From an uncultured delta proteobacterium (GTDB lineage: Bacteria; Myxococcota_A; Polyangia; Polyangiales; Polyangiaceae): a DNA stretch of 64,000 bases. The translations under genes were made by a program, and so were the position numbers. Numbering within the stretch: the first letter of the stretch is position 1; every line of letters begins with the position of its first letter. This document shows positions 19,818 to 34,031 of the stretch, piece by piece. The stretch lies in contig CAWDXG010000003.1 of NCBI GenBank assembly GCA_963806225.1, positions 128,001-192,000 of the forward strand. The letters are read 5' to 3'. The notes below the pieces were generated by a model. That model did no database searches. It was given only the letters and a program-made list of their open reading frames with translations, and had not been told where the DNA came from.

Positions 19818-21014
19818 GTGTCGGGCCGTGCGCTCGCGCTCTCCCTGGTTCTGCTCGCCAGCTGCGTGCCGCGGAGCTCGAGCCCGCAGGCTGCCGCCGG
19901 CCCCAACACCGGGCCACCCTCTGCACGCGCGCAGGCGCGGGAGCCCGTCGTGCGTGCGCTTCCGTCGGCCAGCGCACGACCGGAGGGGGGCACGAACGTT
20001 GCGCTCGACGCCGGGCCGGCTGCGGACGCGGCGCCGCCGCCCGCTGTTGCATCCGCAGCCGACGACGCCGGGGCCGCAGCGCCTGCAACGGCGCCTGCCG
20101 TCACGATCGAAGTCGAAAAGCCCTACAAGCTGTACGAACGCCCCCGTCCGAAAGGCGCCGTGTACGCGGCCGGGCGCGATCAGGTCCTCGCGCGCTGGAA
20201 CGTGGGCGGCACCGGCGCCCCCTCCTTCATCTCGAACCACCCCGGCTATCACCCGTGGCCGCGGGTGCGCGTCGACACGAAGATCCTGAGCAGGAACCTG
20301 CCCCGCCACGCGCCCTGGAATCGCCGCACGGGACACCGGCGCCACGTGCTCAGCGTCGCGCGCGTCCAGGCCGAAGCACGCGCGAACGGCTACTGGCCTT
20401 TCCGGCTGTGTTCCTCCGCCGGCCTCGAGCGCGACCAGAAGATGCACGGGCAGACCATCCTGCGCTTCTCGATCACGACGCACGGACACGTCGCACATGC
20501 GTGGCTGGTCAAGAGCAAGCTCGCCGATGGCGAGGTCAAGACCTGCCTCCGGCACGCGTTGCAGAAACTCGAGTTCAAGCCCGCACCCCAGCGCCGGGTG
20601 GATGTGGAGTTGTCGGTGAAGCTGTGGCCCGGCGACGCACCGGTTCCGCTCACGGGTCCTCCTGACCCGGACAAGGCGCCCGACAATCCCGGACAGCTCG
20701 ACATCGCCGCGATCGAGAAGGCCACGGCGGACGTACCCGCCGCGGTGCGGGCCTGCTATCGCGACGCGCTCGCGCGCGATCCGCATCTATGGGGGCGCAT
20801 CCAGCTCGAGGTGGACCTCGACGACAAGGGACGGGTCCGGCACGTGGCCGAGAACGAGAGTCGGTTCCCCGCCCCCTCCGTCGTCCGCTGTGCGGCCGAT
20901 GCGCTCCGGAAGTGCCGCTTCCACGCCGCGAAGGGCGGCGCGTTGAGCTTTGTCTATGCGCTCCGGCTCGGTGCGCTGGCCCCGTTGCCCAGCACAAACA
21001 CCGAAAACCAATAG
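19818..21014 (+). CDS. Lipoprotein with two AgmX/PglI (TonB-C-like) C-terminal domains
   Basis: Lipobox LASC, plus repeats FRLCSSAGLERDQKMHG...CLRHAL and VRACYRDALARDPHLWG...CAADAL. Confidence 0.75.
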   Translation: MSGRALALSLVLLASCVPRSSSPQAAAGPNTGPPSARAQAREPVVRALPSASARPEGGTNVALDAGPAADAAPPPAVASAADDAGAAAPATAPAVTIEVEKPYKLYERPRPKGAVYAAGRDQVLARWNVGGTGAPSFISNHPGYHPWPRVRVDTKILSRNLPRHAPWNRRTGHRRHVLSVARVQAEARANGYWPFRLCSSAGLERDQKMHGQTILRFSITTHGHVAHAWLVKSKLADGEVKTCLRHALQKLEFKPAPQRRVDVELSVKLWPGDAPVPLTGPPDPDKAPDNPGQLDIAAIEKATADVPAAVRACYRDALARDPHLWGRIQLEVDLDDKGRVRHVAENESRFPAPSVVRCAADALRKCRFHAAKGGALSFVYALRLGALAPLPSTNTENQ

Positions 21015-21188
21015 ATTTTCGCGCTGTGTGAGCCGAAATCCACGTCCCGCGCGTCGTCATCCCTGCGCGGCGAGGGGGGCTTGGCCGCGAGCAGCGGGTG
21101 TGGGAAGGTCGCGCCCGCGTCTGGCGTAGGCCCGCATGAGGCGGGGCCTGCCAACGTGCTTCGGCGATTGATGGAGGGTTTCGGAAAC

Positions 21189-22112
<924 letters not shown>

Positions 22113-22137
22113 TAGCTCGCTCCTTTTCGGGAGCGTC

Positions 22138-22171
22138 CACTGGGCGCGGGCCGCACGGTCCGCGCCCAGTG
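22138..22171 (+). terminator. Stem-loop terminator after the OmpA gene
   Basis: CACTGGGCGCGGGCC-GCAC-GGTCCGCGCCCAGTG (15-bp stem with one G-U pair), followed by TCGTTTCT. Confidence 0.65.
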
Positions 22172-22242
22172 TCGTTTCTGGCCCAGGCCAGGAAGCCGCC
22201 GCACGCCTGGTCCGGGCGCCGCGCTCCCGCTAGGCTCCAGGC

Positions 22243-22767
22243 GTGCGCTGGCTGCTCGTCCTGTTCGTCGTGGTGCCGCTGGTCGAGCTGTATCTGCTCC
22301 TGTGGATCGGCAGCTTCATCGGCTTCTGGCCCACGGTGGCGATCGTGCTCGGGACCGGCCTGCTCGGCAGCGCGCTGGCCAAGCGCGAGGGGATCAAGGT
22401 GTGGCGCGCCTGGCGCCGCTCGCTCGAGACGTTCACCCCGCCCGAGCAGGGCGTCGTCGACGGCGTGCTCGTACTGATCGGCGGCGCGCTGTTGATCACG
22501 CCGGGCGTGCTGACCGACATGCTCGGGCTGATGCTGCTGGTGCCGACAACGCGCGGGCTGGTCGCGGCCCGCGTCCGCCGCGCGATCGATCGTCGCATCG
22601 CCGCCGGGCAGATCCACGTCATGCAGAACGGGCTGGACGAGGCCTGGGGTGTGCGGCCCGATGTGGGCGCGGACGTGGTGGAGACCCACGGCGAGGAGAC
22701 GGACGCGGGCCGCGACGGGCGGCAGCCTCTTCCGGAGCTGCCGCCACCCGGCGACGAACCACGCTAG
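22243..22767 (+). CDS. fxsA: FxsA family membrane protein
   Basis: VPLVELYLL...GGALLITPGVLTD signature. Confidence 0.88.
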   Translation: MRWLLVLFVVVPLVELYLLLWIGSFIGFWPTVAIVLGTGLLGSALAKREGIKVWRAWRRSLETFTPPEQGVVDGVLVLIGGALLITPGVLTDMLGLMLLVPTTRGLVAARVRRAIDRRIAAGQIHVMQNGLDEAWGVRPDVGADVVETHGEETDAGRDGRQPLPELPPPGDEPR

Positions 22768-22783
22768 CGCGCCGCGAGCCCCG

Positions 22784-23938
22784 CTACGGGCAGGGCAAGC
22801 CGGGCACGGCACCGCCATCCAGACCGGTGGCGGATACGCAAAGTCCGTCTTCATGGAAGGCGCTGACGAACTGCGAAGGGTTCGAGACGCCCGCAGCCGC
22901 CCAGCTCTCGCACACCATCGAGCTGGCGAGACAGTCGCTGTTGCAGTTGCACAGCTGCCCGCAGATCCCGAGCGGCGCGCCAGTCGGCGTCGTCGATTGG
23001 AACAGACAGGCCGCCTGCTGCGGGCTGCCCTGCACCGGATTCGAGCCACAGACGCCGGCAATTCCGAGGGTGTTGTTGCTGCACAGGGCCGTGCACATGG
23101 CTTGATGCGGGTCGCTGCTGCCGAAGGAGACGCAGAATCCCTGGCAGGGATCGGTCGCGGCCTGTGGATCGCAGTCGGCGCCCACGGGCAGCCCCTTGCC
23201 CGGGTTGTCCGTGCACAGCCCGCTGGCGAGGTCGCACTTGCGGCCGCTGCAGTCGCTGTCGGTCGCACACTGCGGGAAGCAGGCGGTGTAGGGCCCGGTT
23301 CCCTGCGGGTCCGGACCGCGGCAGAGCGCGTCGTAGCGACCGTCACACACGTTGGTCGCGGCCGGATCGCAGCCCTCGAGACAGAAGCTCTTGCCCGCCC
23401 CGAACGGGACGCAGCGGGCGCTCGGCGCGAGGGCCGCGCAGTCGGCGGCTTGCGAGCAGGTCCTGCTGCAGTAGCCGCGTGCCGGACCCCCGTTGCCGAG
23501 GATGTTGCTCGTAGCTGGAACGCACTGCAAAGCGGAGCCGCAGTCGGCGTCCGTGTTGCAGGTCGCCCCGAGCTGGGATGCTCCGGGGCCTCCGCCGGTG
23601 CCGTAGCCTCCGCCGGTGCCGTAGCCTCCGCCGGTGCCGTAGCTGCCGCCGGTGCCGTAGCTGCCGCCGGTGCCGTAGCCGCCGCCGCAGCCGCAGCCGC
23701 CAGCACTGCCGATAGGACCGCCGCCGGTGCCATAGCCTCCGCCGGTGCCGTAGCCTCCGCCCGTGGCGATGGGACCGCCGCCCGTGCCACCGCCGCCCGC
23801 GCCAGTTCCGCCGCTGGCTGCACCGGCCGAGCCGCTCGCCCCACCTGTCTCGACCTTCCCACCGCAACCGGCGGCCGCTTCGGCGCCAACAAGGACCAGG
23901 CCGAAAACCATCAAGCTCAGGCGGATCTGGATACGCAT
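22784..23938 (-). CDS. Cys-rich secreted lipoprotein with Gly/Tyr repeat linker (paralog A)
   Basis: Hydrophobic N-terminus ending AAGC, GYGTGG repeats, CxxDxDC modules. Confidence 0.8.
   Translation of the reverse strand: MRIQIRLSLMVFGLVLVGAEAAAGCGGKVETGGASGSAGAASGGTGAGGGGTGGGPIATGGGYGTGGGYGTGGGPIGSAGGCGCGGGYGTGGSYGTGGSYGTGGGYGTGGGYGTGGGPGASQLGATCNTDADCGSALQCVPATSNILGNGGPARGYCSRTCSQAADCAALAPSARCVPFGAGKSFCLEGCDPAATNVCDGRYDALCRGPDPQGTGPYTACFPQCATDSDCSGRKCDLASGLCTDNPGKGLPVGADCDPQAATDPCQGFCVSFGSSDPHQAMCTALCSNNTLGIAGVCGSNPVQGSPQQAACLFQSTTPTGAPLGICGQLCNCNSDCLASSMVCESWAAAGVSNPSQFVSAFHEDGLCVSATGLDGGAVPGLPCP
23583..23765 (-). repeat. 18-bp coding tandem repeats (GGYGTG)
   Basis: Units such as GCCGGTGCCGTAGCCTCC repeated in tandem. 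Confidence 0.85.
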
Positions 23939-24008
23939 CGGGCCTCCGGACAGGGCGCGCGAAAGGAATCGCCCCCTGCCCGGCATTCTACTCCCTTTGG
24001 GAAGTCCA

Positions 24009-24048
24009 CAAAACAGCAACGCCCGCCCGGAATGTCCGGACGGGCGCT
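24009..24048 (-). terminator. Rho-independent terminator after paralog B
   Basis: Minus strand CGCCCGTCCGGA-CAT-TCCGGGCGGGCG, followed by TTGCTGTTTT. Confidence 0.65.
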
Positions 24049-24070
24049 GACTGCGCGTGGTTGCGTGGGA

Positions 24071-25267
24071 TCAGTCGGTGCCGGCGTCGCTCACGCCACC
24101 GGTGCCGCCGGTCGAACCACCGGAGCCACCCGTGCCGCCCGTGCCGCCCGTACCACCGGTGCCGGCGGTGCCGCCGGTACCACCCGTACCGCCGGTTCCA
24201 CCCGTGCCGCAGGCGATACCCGTCACCGTGCCGCCGTCAGGATCCGTGTTCGACGTGCAAAGGCCGGCCTTCTTCATGGCGCTGACGAAAGTCGACGGGT
24301 TCGGGAACCCGGCAGCCGCCCAGCTCTGGCAGACCTCGCCGGAGCTCTGGCAATCGGCGTCGCAGTTGCAGAGCGAGCCGCAGATGCCGACGCTGCCGCC
24401 GCCGTTGTTGAACTTCGCGGTGTATATGCACGCGGCATCCTGCGGGCTGCCCTGCGCGGGATCGGAACCGCACTCGCCCGTGACGCCGACCGAGGCGTTG
24501 GAGCAGAACGCCGTGCAGGTGCCGACATCGTTGGGCTGTCCCTGGAAGCCGATGCAGAAGCCTGCGCAGTTGTCGGTTCCGCCGTCCTGGACCGCCTGCG
24601 GGTTGCAGGGCGTGCCGACTGGATCGCCCGTCTTGGGCGTGGCCGTGCACAGACCGGTGCTCAGGTCGCACTTCAGACCGTCGCAGTCGTTATCCGTCCC
24701 GCAGTACGGGATGCAGGCGTTGATCGGTGCGCCGCTGTCCACGGTGCCGCCATCCGGCCCGGTTGCCGACAGGGGCAGACACAGCGAGTCGTAGCGCCCC
24801 TGGCAGGCGTTCGTGCTGGCAGGATCGCAGCCCTGCAGGCAGAACGTCTTGCCGCCGCCGACGTTCACGCACTGAGCGCTGGAGTCGAACGAGGTGCAAT
24901 CGGAGTTCTGCGTGCACGAGGTGGTGCAGTAGCCGAGCGACGGACCGCCGCTGCCGAAGTCGGTGCTCTTCGCCGTCTCGCACTTGAGGCCGGTGCCGCA
25001 ATCATTGTCGGTGGTGCACTTCGCGCCGAGCTGGGTGGTGCCCGTGTTGCCACCGGCGCCGCCGGTCGCACCCGAGCCGCCGGTCGCGCCGGAGCCGCCA
25101 GTCGCGCCTGCGCCGCCTGCGCCGCCACCGCCGGTGCCGCCGGTGAGGATGCCGCCGCCGGTGCCGCCGTTGCCGCCGCCGCCGTTCGAGCTGCTACAGC
25201 CAAACGTCGTGCCGCCGACCGCAGCGGCGAGCAAACCCAAACCTATCCAAGGTAGTACTTTCTTCAT
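24071..25267 (-). CDS. Cys-rich secreted lipoprotein with Gly/Thr linkers (paralog B)
   Basis: MKK plus hydrophobic signal plus FGC. Shares QLGAxC, GYC, FCLxGCDPA, GRYDxLC, KCDLxxGLC, QGSPQxAAC and SWAAAG with paralog A. Confidence 0.85.
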   Translation of the reverse strand: MKKVLPWIGLGLLAAAVGGTTFGCSSSNGGGGNGGTGGGILTGGTGGGGAGGAGATGGSGATGGSGATGGAGGNTGTTQLGAKCTTDNDCGTGLKCETAKSTDFGSGGPSLGYCTTSCTQNSDCTSFDSSAQCVNVGGGKTFCLQGCDPASTNACQGRYDSLCLPLSATGPDGGTVDSGAPINACIPYCGTDNDCDGLKCDLSTGLCTATPKTGDPVGTPCNPQAVQDGGTDNCAGFCIGFQGQPNDVGTCTAFCSNASVGVTGECGSDPAQGSPQDAACIYTAKFNNGGGSVGICGSLCNCDADCQSSGEVCQSWAAAGFPNPSTFVSAMKKAGLCTSNTDPDGGTVTGIACGTGGTGGTGGTGGTAGTGGTGGTGGTGGSGGSTGGTGGVSDAGTD

Positions 25268-25404
25268 GTCTCCCAAGCCTCCTGGTGCGCGGACCGCTTA
25301 ACACGACCCCGCTGTATCGACCAAGCCTTACTTCTGCGTATGCTCCGCGCAAGGCGATTCCGACCGCGACAGCTCGGCTGCCCCGCGGCAGTCCCGCTGC
25401 GCGG

Positions 25405-25478
25405 TGGGTCGACAGGGATTCGAACCCTGGACCGTCGGATTAAAAATCCGCTGCTCTAACCGACTGAGCTATCGACCC
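25405..25478 (-). tRNA. tRNA-Lys (TTT)
   Basis: Reverse complement GGGTCGATAGCTCAGTCGGTTAGAGCAGCGGATTTTTAATCCGACGGTCCAGGGTTCGAATCCCTGTCGACCCA, anticodon TTT, followed by CCG. Confidence 0.94.
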
Positions 25479-25626
25479 GCGACCTTTCCTGGCTGCGTTT
25501 CGCCGAGCAGCCGCGAGCTGTCTACCTCGAAAGTCCGCAACGGACCATACCCGGCGTGCAGGAAATTCTGGCGCTCCGCGGGCAGATCTCGATGGGGTCG
25601 AAAAGATCCGTGTGCGCTGGAACGAC

Positions 25627-25882
25627 TCAGTACGGCTTGTGTCCCTGGGCGCGGGGTGATGCGGGCTGATGTTCTCCGGGCCCGTCGGAGGCGCCCACAC
25701 CGTAGTAGGCGTTCGAACGTCTCGCTGCCGGGCCCATCCGGCGATGTGTTCGCCCACCCTTGCTGATCGTAGTTGTCGTCCGGTGTCTGCGGCTGGGCGC
25801 TGCGGTCATGCTCGACGCACGCGCCGAGCCCCAGCGCCAGAAGCAGGACCAGAACGATAGGCGTGTTGCGGAGGAGCTGCAT
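25627..25882 (-). CDS. Small (about 84 aa) lipoprotein; probable frameshift near 25716
   Basis: MQLLRNTPIVLVLLLALGLGAC lipobox. Removing one T (ACGTTCGAAC to ACGTCGAAC) gives ...ETSNAYYGVG...KPY* and avoids running into the tRNA. Confidence 0.6.
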
Positions 25883-25893
25883 GGCCCGGGTAT

Positions 25894-25909
25894 AGCAACT
25901 GGAATGCCA
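25894..25909 (-). promoter_or_regulatory. Putative sigma54 -24/-12 promoter
   Basis: Minus strand TGGCATTCCAGTTGCT, near consensus TGGCAC-N5-TTGCW. Confidence 0.6.
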
Positions 25910-26000
25910 GGCTTGGGCTGCCGTCAACCCGCAGCGGCGGGCGCGTCGGCGGAAGTCCGTGACCTTTCGTGCACGGGCCACAGGGTCACAGGGGGCGGGA

Positions 26001-27257
26001 TCAGCCCTGCGGGCGCAGCTGGGCCAGCAGGGCGCCCACGTCTTTCTTGATGCTTCCCTCGCGCGCAGGGTCCACGACGGAACCGACACTGAACAGCGCG
26101 AAGCTCACGTATTCGTGCAACATCTGCTTCAGCACGTTCTCGGCATCCCCGCCGCCTGCGACCAGGGTCAGGTTCTCCGCGACGGCTTCCGGATCGAAGG
26201 CGCCGTGCGGATCGGGACCTGCGTTGCGGAACAGGATGTCGTACACGCCCGCGCCGACCGCGAACGAGGCGAGGCTCTGGCGCACTTCTCCGCCCCGGCT
26301 GGTCTCGTCCGCGCCGGCCAGGATGGCACGGAGCACGGCATTGGCGGTCTCGACGATGGCGGTCGGCCCGCCGCTCATGCGCGGCGGGTGCATCACGACG
26401 TGCTTGCTCTGGACCAGCGCGTAGACCTGCTTGGCCGTCTCGAACTCGCCAAGACCGGTCTCGCGCCCGAGATCCTCGACGCTGCGCCGCCCGTCGACCA
26501 GCGCGTAGATGGCCGCGTACTCCTCGGCGGGCGCGCCCTTGCCATCGGCGCGTGCGGGGACGTAGTCGCTCGACGGGATCTTCTGGCGGAAGTAGGTGAG
26601 CTCGTCGAGCCGCGTCACTCCGTCCATGAGCAGCATGTTGGCGCTCACGGTGTGTCGCGACACCAGCTTCGACTCGTCGAACCCGTCCATGAAGAAGAAC
26701 GTACCGTCGCTCACCGTGAGCGTGCCGAACACCACTTCCTCGACCTGCTTGCCGATGAACTCGTAGACCTTCTCCTGCGACAGGAAACCGAGCTCGATGG
26801 CGACCTCACCGAAGCGGCGTCCTGCCCTGACCCGGTCCATGATCTGTTCGAGCTCGGGAGAAGTGAGCGCCCCGAAACGGTAGAGCACCGAGCCGAGCCG
26901 CTCGTCGTCCACGTTGGTCTGGGCGCCGACGACGTTACCCTGCTCGAAGAACACCGAGCGGGTGTGCTCGCCGTCGAACACGACGAGCTCGCCGCGCCAG
27001 CCGGTCTGCCCGAGCAGCGCCAGCACGTCACCCATCGCGCCCGGCGTGATCTCCCCGGCCAGGCGCACCAGCGCGCCGTCGCTCTCGTCGCGCTGGCCGT
27101 CCTCGCCGGTGAACCGCATGAACACCACGTGCTCCGGCGCGGGCATCAGCCGGTACGCCCCGGCGCGCGCACGCAGCCGCTGACTAGCTACGGTGCCGAT
27201 GGGGTGGGCCGTCCCGTGCGAGTCGATGCGGACCAGCTCTGCGCGGGCCTCTTTCAT
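26001..27257 (-). CDS. DUF4388-domain protein
   Basis: LAGEI...DVLALL...RGELVV...VFFEQGNVVGA, ERLGSVL, RRFGEVAIELG, GTFFF, LLMDGVTRLDE. Confidence 0.8.
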   Translation of the reverse strand: MKEARAELVRIDSHGTAHPIGTVASQRLRARAGAYRLMPAPEHVVFMRFTGEDGQRDESDGALVRLAGEITPGAMGDVLALLGQTGWRGELVVFDGEHTRSVFFEQGNVVGAQTNVDDERLGSVLYRFGALTSPELEQIMDRVRAGRRFGEVAIELGFLSQEKVYEFIGKQVEEVVFGTLTVSDGTFFFMDGFDESKLVSRHTVSANMLLMDGVTRLDELTYFRQKIPSSDYVPARADGKGAPAEEYAAIYALVDGRRSVEDLGRETGLGEFETAKQVYALVQSKHVVMHPPRMSGGPTAIVETANAVLRAILAGADETSRGGEVRQSLASFAVGAGVYDILFRNAGPDPHGAFDPEAVAENLTLVAGGGDAENVLKQMLHEYVSFALFSVGSVVDPAREGSIKKDVGALLAQLRPQG

Positions 27258-27339
27258 GGACTTGGAACGATACCCCAGACGGGGCGCCTCCGGCGAGGTT
27301 GTCGCGATGTTCGCACGGCCCGCCGGCTCGCTGCGACAG

Positions 27340-30906
<3,567 letters not shown>

Positions 30907-31169
30907 CGTGCCTCGCGCTTCAGGGTGAGCTGGCCTGGGTGGCTACCCTAGCAGCTCGGCGGCCCGCTGGATGCGCGCCAAGGTAGCAAGCATCACGGAC
31001 AGAAAATCTCCCGGGCGCGCGTGCCCGTCCAGCCTTCGGGCTCCGGGCACTTGCAGAATCCCGCTTTCCGGCTACCATCCACGGGCCCCGATGCTGGCTC
31101 GCAGCGGGGTCGTACCCCCCTTCCCCCGGCGCACTGCCTACCGGGGTGATGACCCTTCAGGAGGCTCAC

Positions 31170-32391
31170 ATGCTTGGACGACGTAATCTCGAACTTCTTT
31201 TCGTGAGCTCCGTGCTCGGCTTCGCTTTCGTCACCGCCTGCGGCGGCAGCAGCAAGGACAACGGCGGCTCCGGCAGCAAGACGGACAAGGCGTGCACCGC
31301 ACCCAACTGCGCCAAGCCGCCGACGGACCCCGGCACTCCCAAGGCCAACGGCTCGACCCCGACCGTGCTGGCGATCTCCAAGCTCTACCTCGGCGACACG
31401 AACAAGAACGGTGACGCCGACCCCAATGCCTGGAAGAGCCTGGGCTACGACCTGGACGGCATCGTCTCGACCCCGCACGGGACCAACCACTGCAAGCCCT
31501 ACGAGGGCGCGAACCCGACGGAACGTCAAGACCGACGGCGACAACGGCATCGACAACTCCTTCGGGGAAAACCTGCTCCCGATCATCACCACCCTGGCGC
31601 CCGACCCCAGCAGCTCGGTCAACCAGTCGATCACGGACGGCTCGTTCACCGTGATGGTGAAGATGGACAACGTGGACAGCCAGGCGACCCAGAGCGGCGT
31701 GAAGTCTTCGCTCTACGGCGGTGCCAGCCTGGGCAGCCCGCCCAACTGGGATGGCAACGACATGTGGCCGGTGGTTCCGGAGCTCCTGAACAACGGCGAC
31801 AAGAACGACCCGAAGGTGAAGTTCCCGAACAGCTTCGTCGTCGACAACACCTGGGTCTCGGGCTCGCAGGGCACCCTGGCGCTGAGCCTGTCGGTGCAGG
31901 GCTACGACCTGACGCTCAACATCGTCAACGCGGTCATCACCATGAAGCTCTCGGCTGACCGCAAGTCGGCGACCGGCGGCATCATCGCCGGCGTCATCGA
32001 CACCGAGTCGCTGGTCACCGAGCTGCAGCAGATCGCCGGGTCGTTCGACAAGAGCCTGTGCTCCGGTTCGACGTTCGACAGCGTCGCGCAGGAAATCAAG
32101 GCCGCGAGCGACATCATGAACGACGGCACCAACGGCGACCCGAAAAAGACCTGCAACGCCATCAGCATCGGCCTCGGCTTCGACGCTTCGGCCGTGCAGC
32201 TCGGCGACGTGGCTCCGCCGGCCAAGCCCCAGCCTGACCCCTGCGCCGCTGGCGGCGCGGGCGGCACCGGCGGCACGGCCGGCACCGGCGGCACGGCCGG
32301 CACCGGCGGCACCGGCGGCTCCATGGGCGGCACCGGCGGCACCGGCGGCTCCATGGGCGGCGCCGGCGGCGCCGCGGACGCCGGAATCTAG
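31170..32391 (+). CDS. Myxobacterial lipoprotein with Gly/Thr-rich tail; frameshift near 31520
   Basis: AGGAGG RBS, lipobox VTAC. GYDLDG...C in the first frame joins DGDNGIDNSFG in the second if one G is removed from CCGACGGAAC. Confidence 0.8.
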
Positions 32392-32632
32392 CCCCGGCCC
32401 CCGCCGGAGCCAGGGCGCGCCCCCTGGTCCGACCTTCCTGCACCGCGCGGAACAATTCTGCGCAATAGCAGTGAAGACGGACCCGGGGGCGTTCGTCTAT
32501 CCCGGGGCCAGGAGGACACCGTGCGCCCGAGCCTTGCGCTTCCCGGGTGAATTGGACTACCGCTTGCGGGCCGGAGGGCCACGCAGCATCAGGCGCCCGA
32601 CCCATCCTGGCGTTTTCCCGGAGGATTCAGCA

Positions 32633-33263
32633 ATGGTTCGTAGGTCTGCTTTGTTCGTCTCGATTCTGGGCGCGGCCCTGGCCGCTCCCGCTCTCATCGG
32701 CTGCACGGCATCCATCAAGGCAGGCGGCGCTGCCAATGCTGGTGAGCAACAGCCCCCGCCGCCGCCGCCTCCGCCGCCTCCCGCGGCGAAGAAGCCCGCT
32801 CCCCCCCCAAGGCGGCTCCCCCCCCAAGACGGTCAGCAAGGTCACCCAGAAGGGCGACACCATCAAGCTGCCGGGCAACATCGTCTTCGACACCGGCAAG
32901 GCCACTCTGAAGGCCGGTTCGGGCAGCGAGGTCGTGCTCCAGCAGCTCAAGGAGTTCCTCGACCAGAACCCGCAGATCACGCTCCTGCGCGTCGAGGGAC
33001 ACACCGACAACGTCGGCAAACCGGCCGACAACATGGAGCTGTCGGGCCAGCGAGCGCTCACCATCGAGAAGTGGCTGGTGGCTCACGGCGTCAAGGCCGA
33101 CCGGGTCCTGGCGGTAGGCTTCGGCGAGACCAAGCCGATCGCCGACAACTCCACCGACGCGGGCAAGGCCCAGAACCGCCGCACCGAGTTCCACATCGCC
33201 AAGCTCGGCGGCAAGAAGTATCTCGGGATGAACCCCACCGGCGGCGGCAAGGTCTTCAAGTAG
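32633..33263 (+). CDS. OmpA-family lipoprotein with poly-Pro linker; frameshift in two C8 tracts (32801-32825)
   Basis: GGAGG RBS, lipobox LIGC, second frame carries FDTGKATL, VEGHTD, LSGQRA and NRRTEF. Confidence 0.88.
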
Positions 33264-33461
33264 GCCCGCTGCCCAATTGCCCGCCCTGCGGGTAGCCGCA
33301 CGAGCCGGCCCGGTCGATGACCGGTGCCGGCTCGTCGGCTTCTGGGGACGGAGCGCCGGAGACCGCCCACACCGCTGTCGGCCCGCCGGCTGGGAGCCGG
33401 CCGCTGGCCCCGGTGGCGGGTCTGCTGGAAGGCGGATTCAGCTGCTGCTATCCAGGGGCCG

Positions 33462-34031
33462 ATGAGCTCCTCTTTCCGCCGCGCCGGGCTGCTGTTCGCT
33501 CTCCTCGTGCTGGCGGCTGCCTGCAGCCGCGCACCGAAGGATCTCCGGGTCTGGCGACCTTCGGATCACGACCGCACCGAGGAGACCACGAACGCGCAGT
33601 CGCCCGCCGCGGCCAACAGCGCAGGCGGGGGTGACCTGAGCCAACCGGCCAAGATGCTTGGCGTCGACCAGGTCGTCCTGGTCACGTGGCGGCAGAACTG
33701 CACGCGTTGCCACGGCATGCTCGGTCGGGGTGACGGCCCGCAGGGAGCCATGACCGGCGCGCGCAATCTCTCCGATCCGGCGTGGCAGGCGTCGGTGACC
33801 GACGCGCAGATCGCCACGGCAATCACCAAGGGCAAGGGGCGCATGCCGCACTTCGATCTTCCGGCAGCCACCGTGACGGGACTGATCCGCCTGGTACGCA
33901 TGATGAACGCGGATCCCAGCGCCCGTCCGGCAAGCGCACCGGACGATGCCGACGGTGGCCCGCCGACGAAGGCCGCCAAGGCCGCCCGGGCGCACCCGGC
34001 CAGACGGAAGCCCACCCAAAGACCGCAATGA
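33462..34031 (+). CDS. Monoheme c-type cytochrome lipoprotein
   Basis: Lipobox AAAC, CTRCH heme motif, distal GKGRMP Met ligand. Confidence 0.88.
   Translation: MSSSFRRAGLLFALLVLAAACSRAPKDLRVWRPSDHDRTEETTNAQSPAAANSAGGGDLSQPAKMLGVDQVVLVTWRQNCTRCHGMLGRGDGPQGAMTGARNLSDPAWQASVTDAQIATAITKGKGRMPHFDLPAATVTGLIRLVRMMNADPSARPASAPDDADGGPPTKAAKAARAHPARRKPTQRPQ

Noticed and set aside
23583..24210. Tandem repeats as a possible CRISPR array
   Set aside because: In-frame 9/18-bp Gly-coding units with no unique spacers and no cas genes.
22649..25255. 868-aa plus-strand ORF
   Set aside because: Antisense shadow of the two Cys-rich lipoprotein genes, typical of high-GC DNA.
25469..26089. 206-aa ORF running into tRNA-Lys
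   Set aside because: Better explained by an 84-aa lipoprotein with one indel. The extensions overlap the tRNA and the DUF4388 gene.
32553..32568. GG-N10-GC motif (TGGACTACCGCTTGCG) upstream of the second OmpA gene
   Set aside because: The -24 element lacks CAC, so the match is too weak in GC-rich DNA to call.
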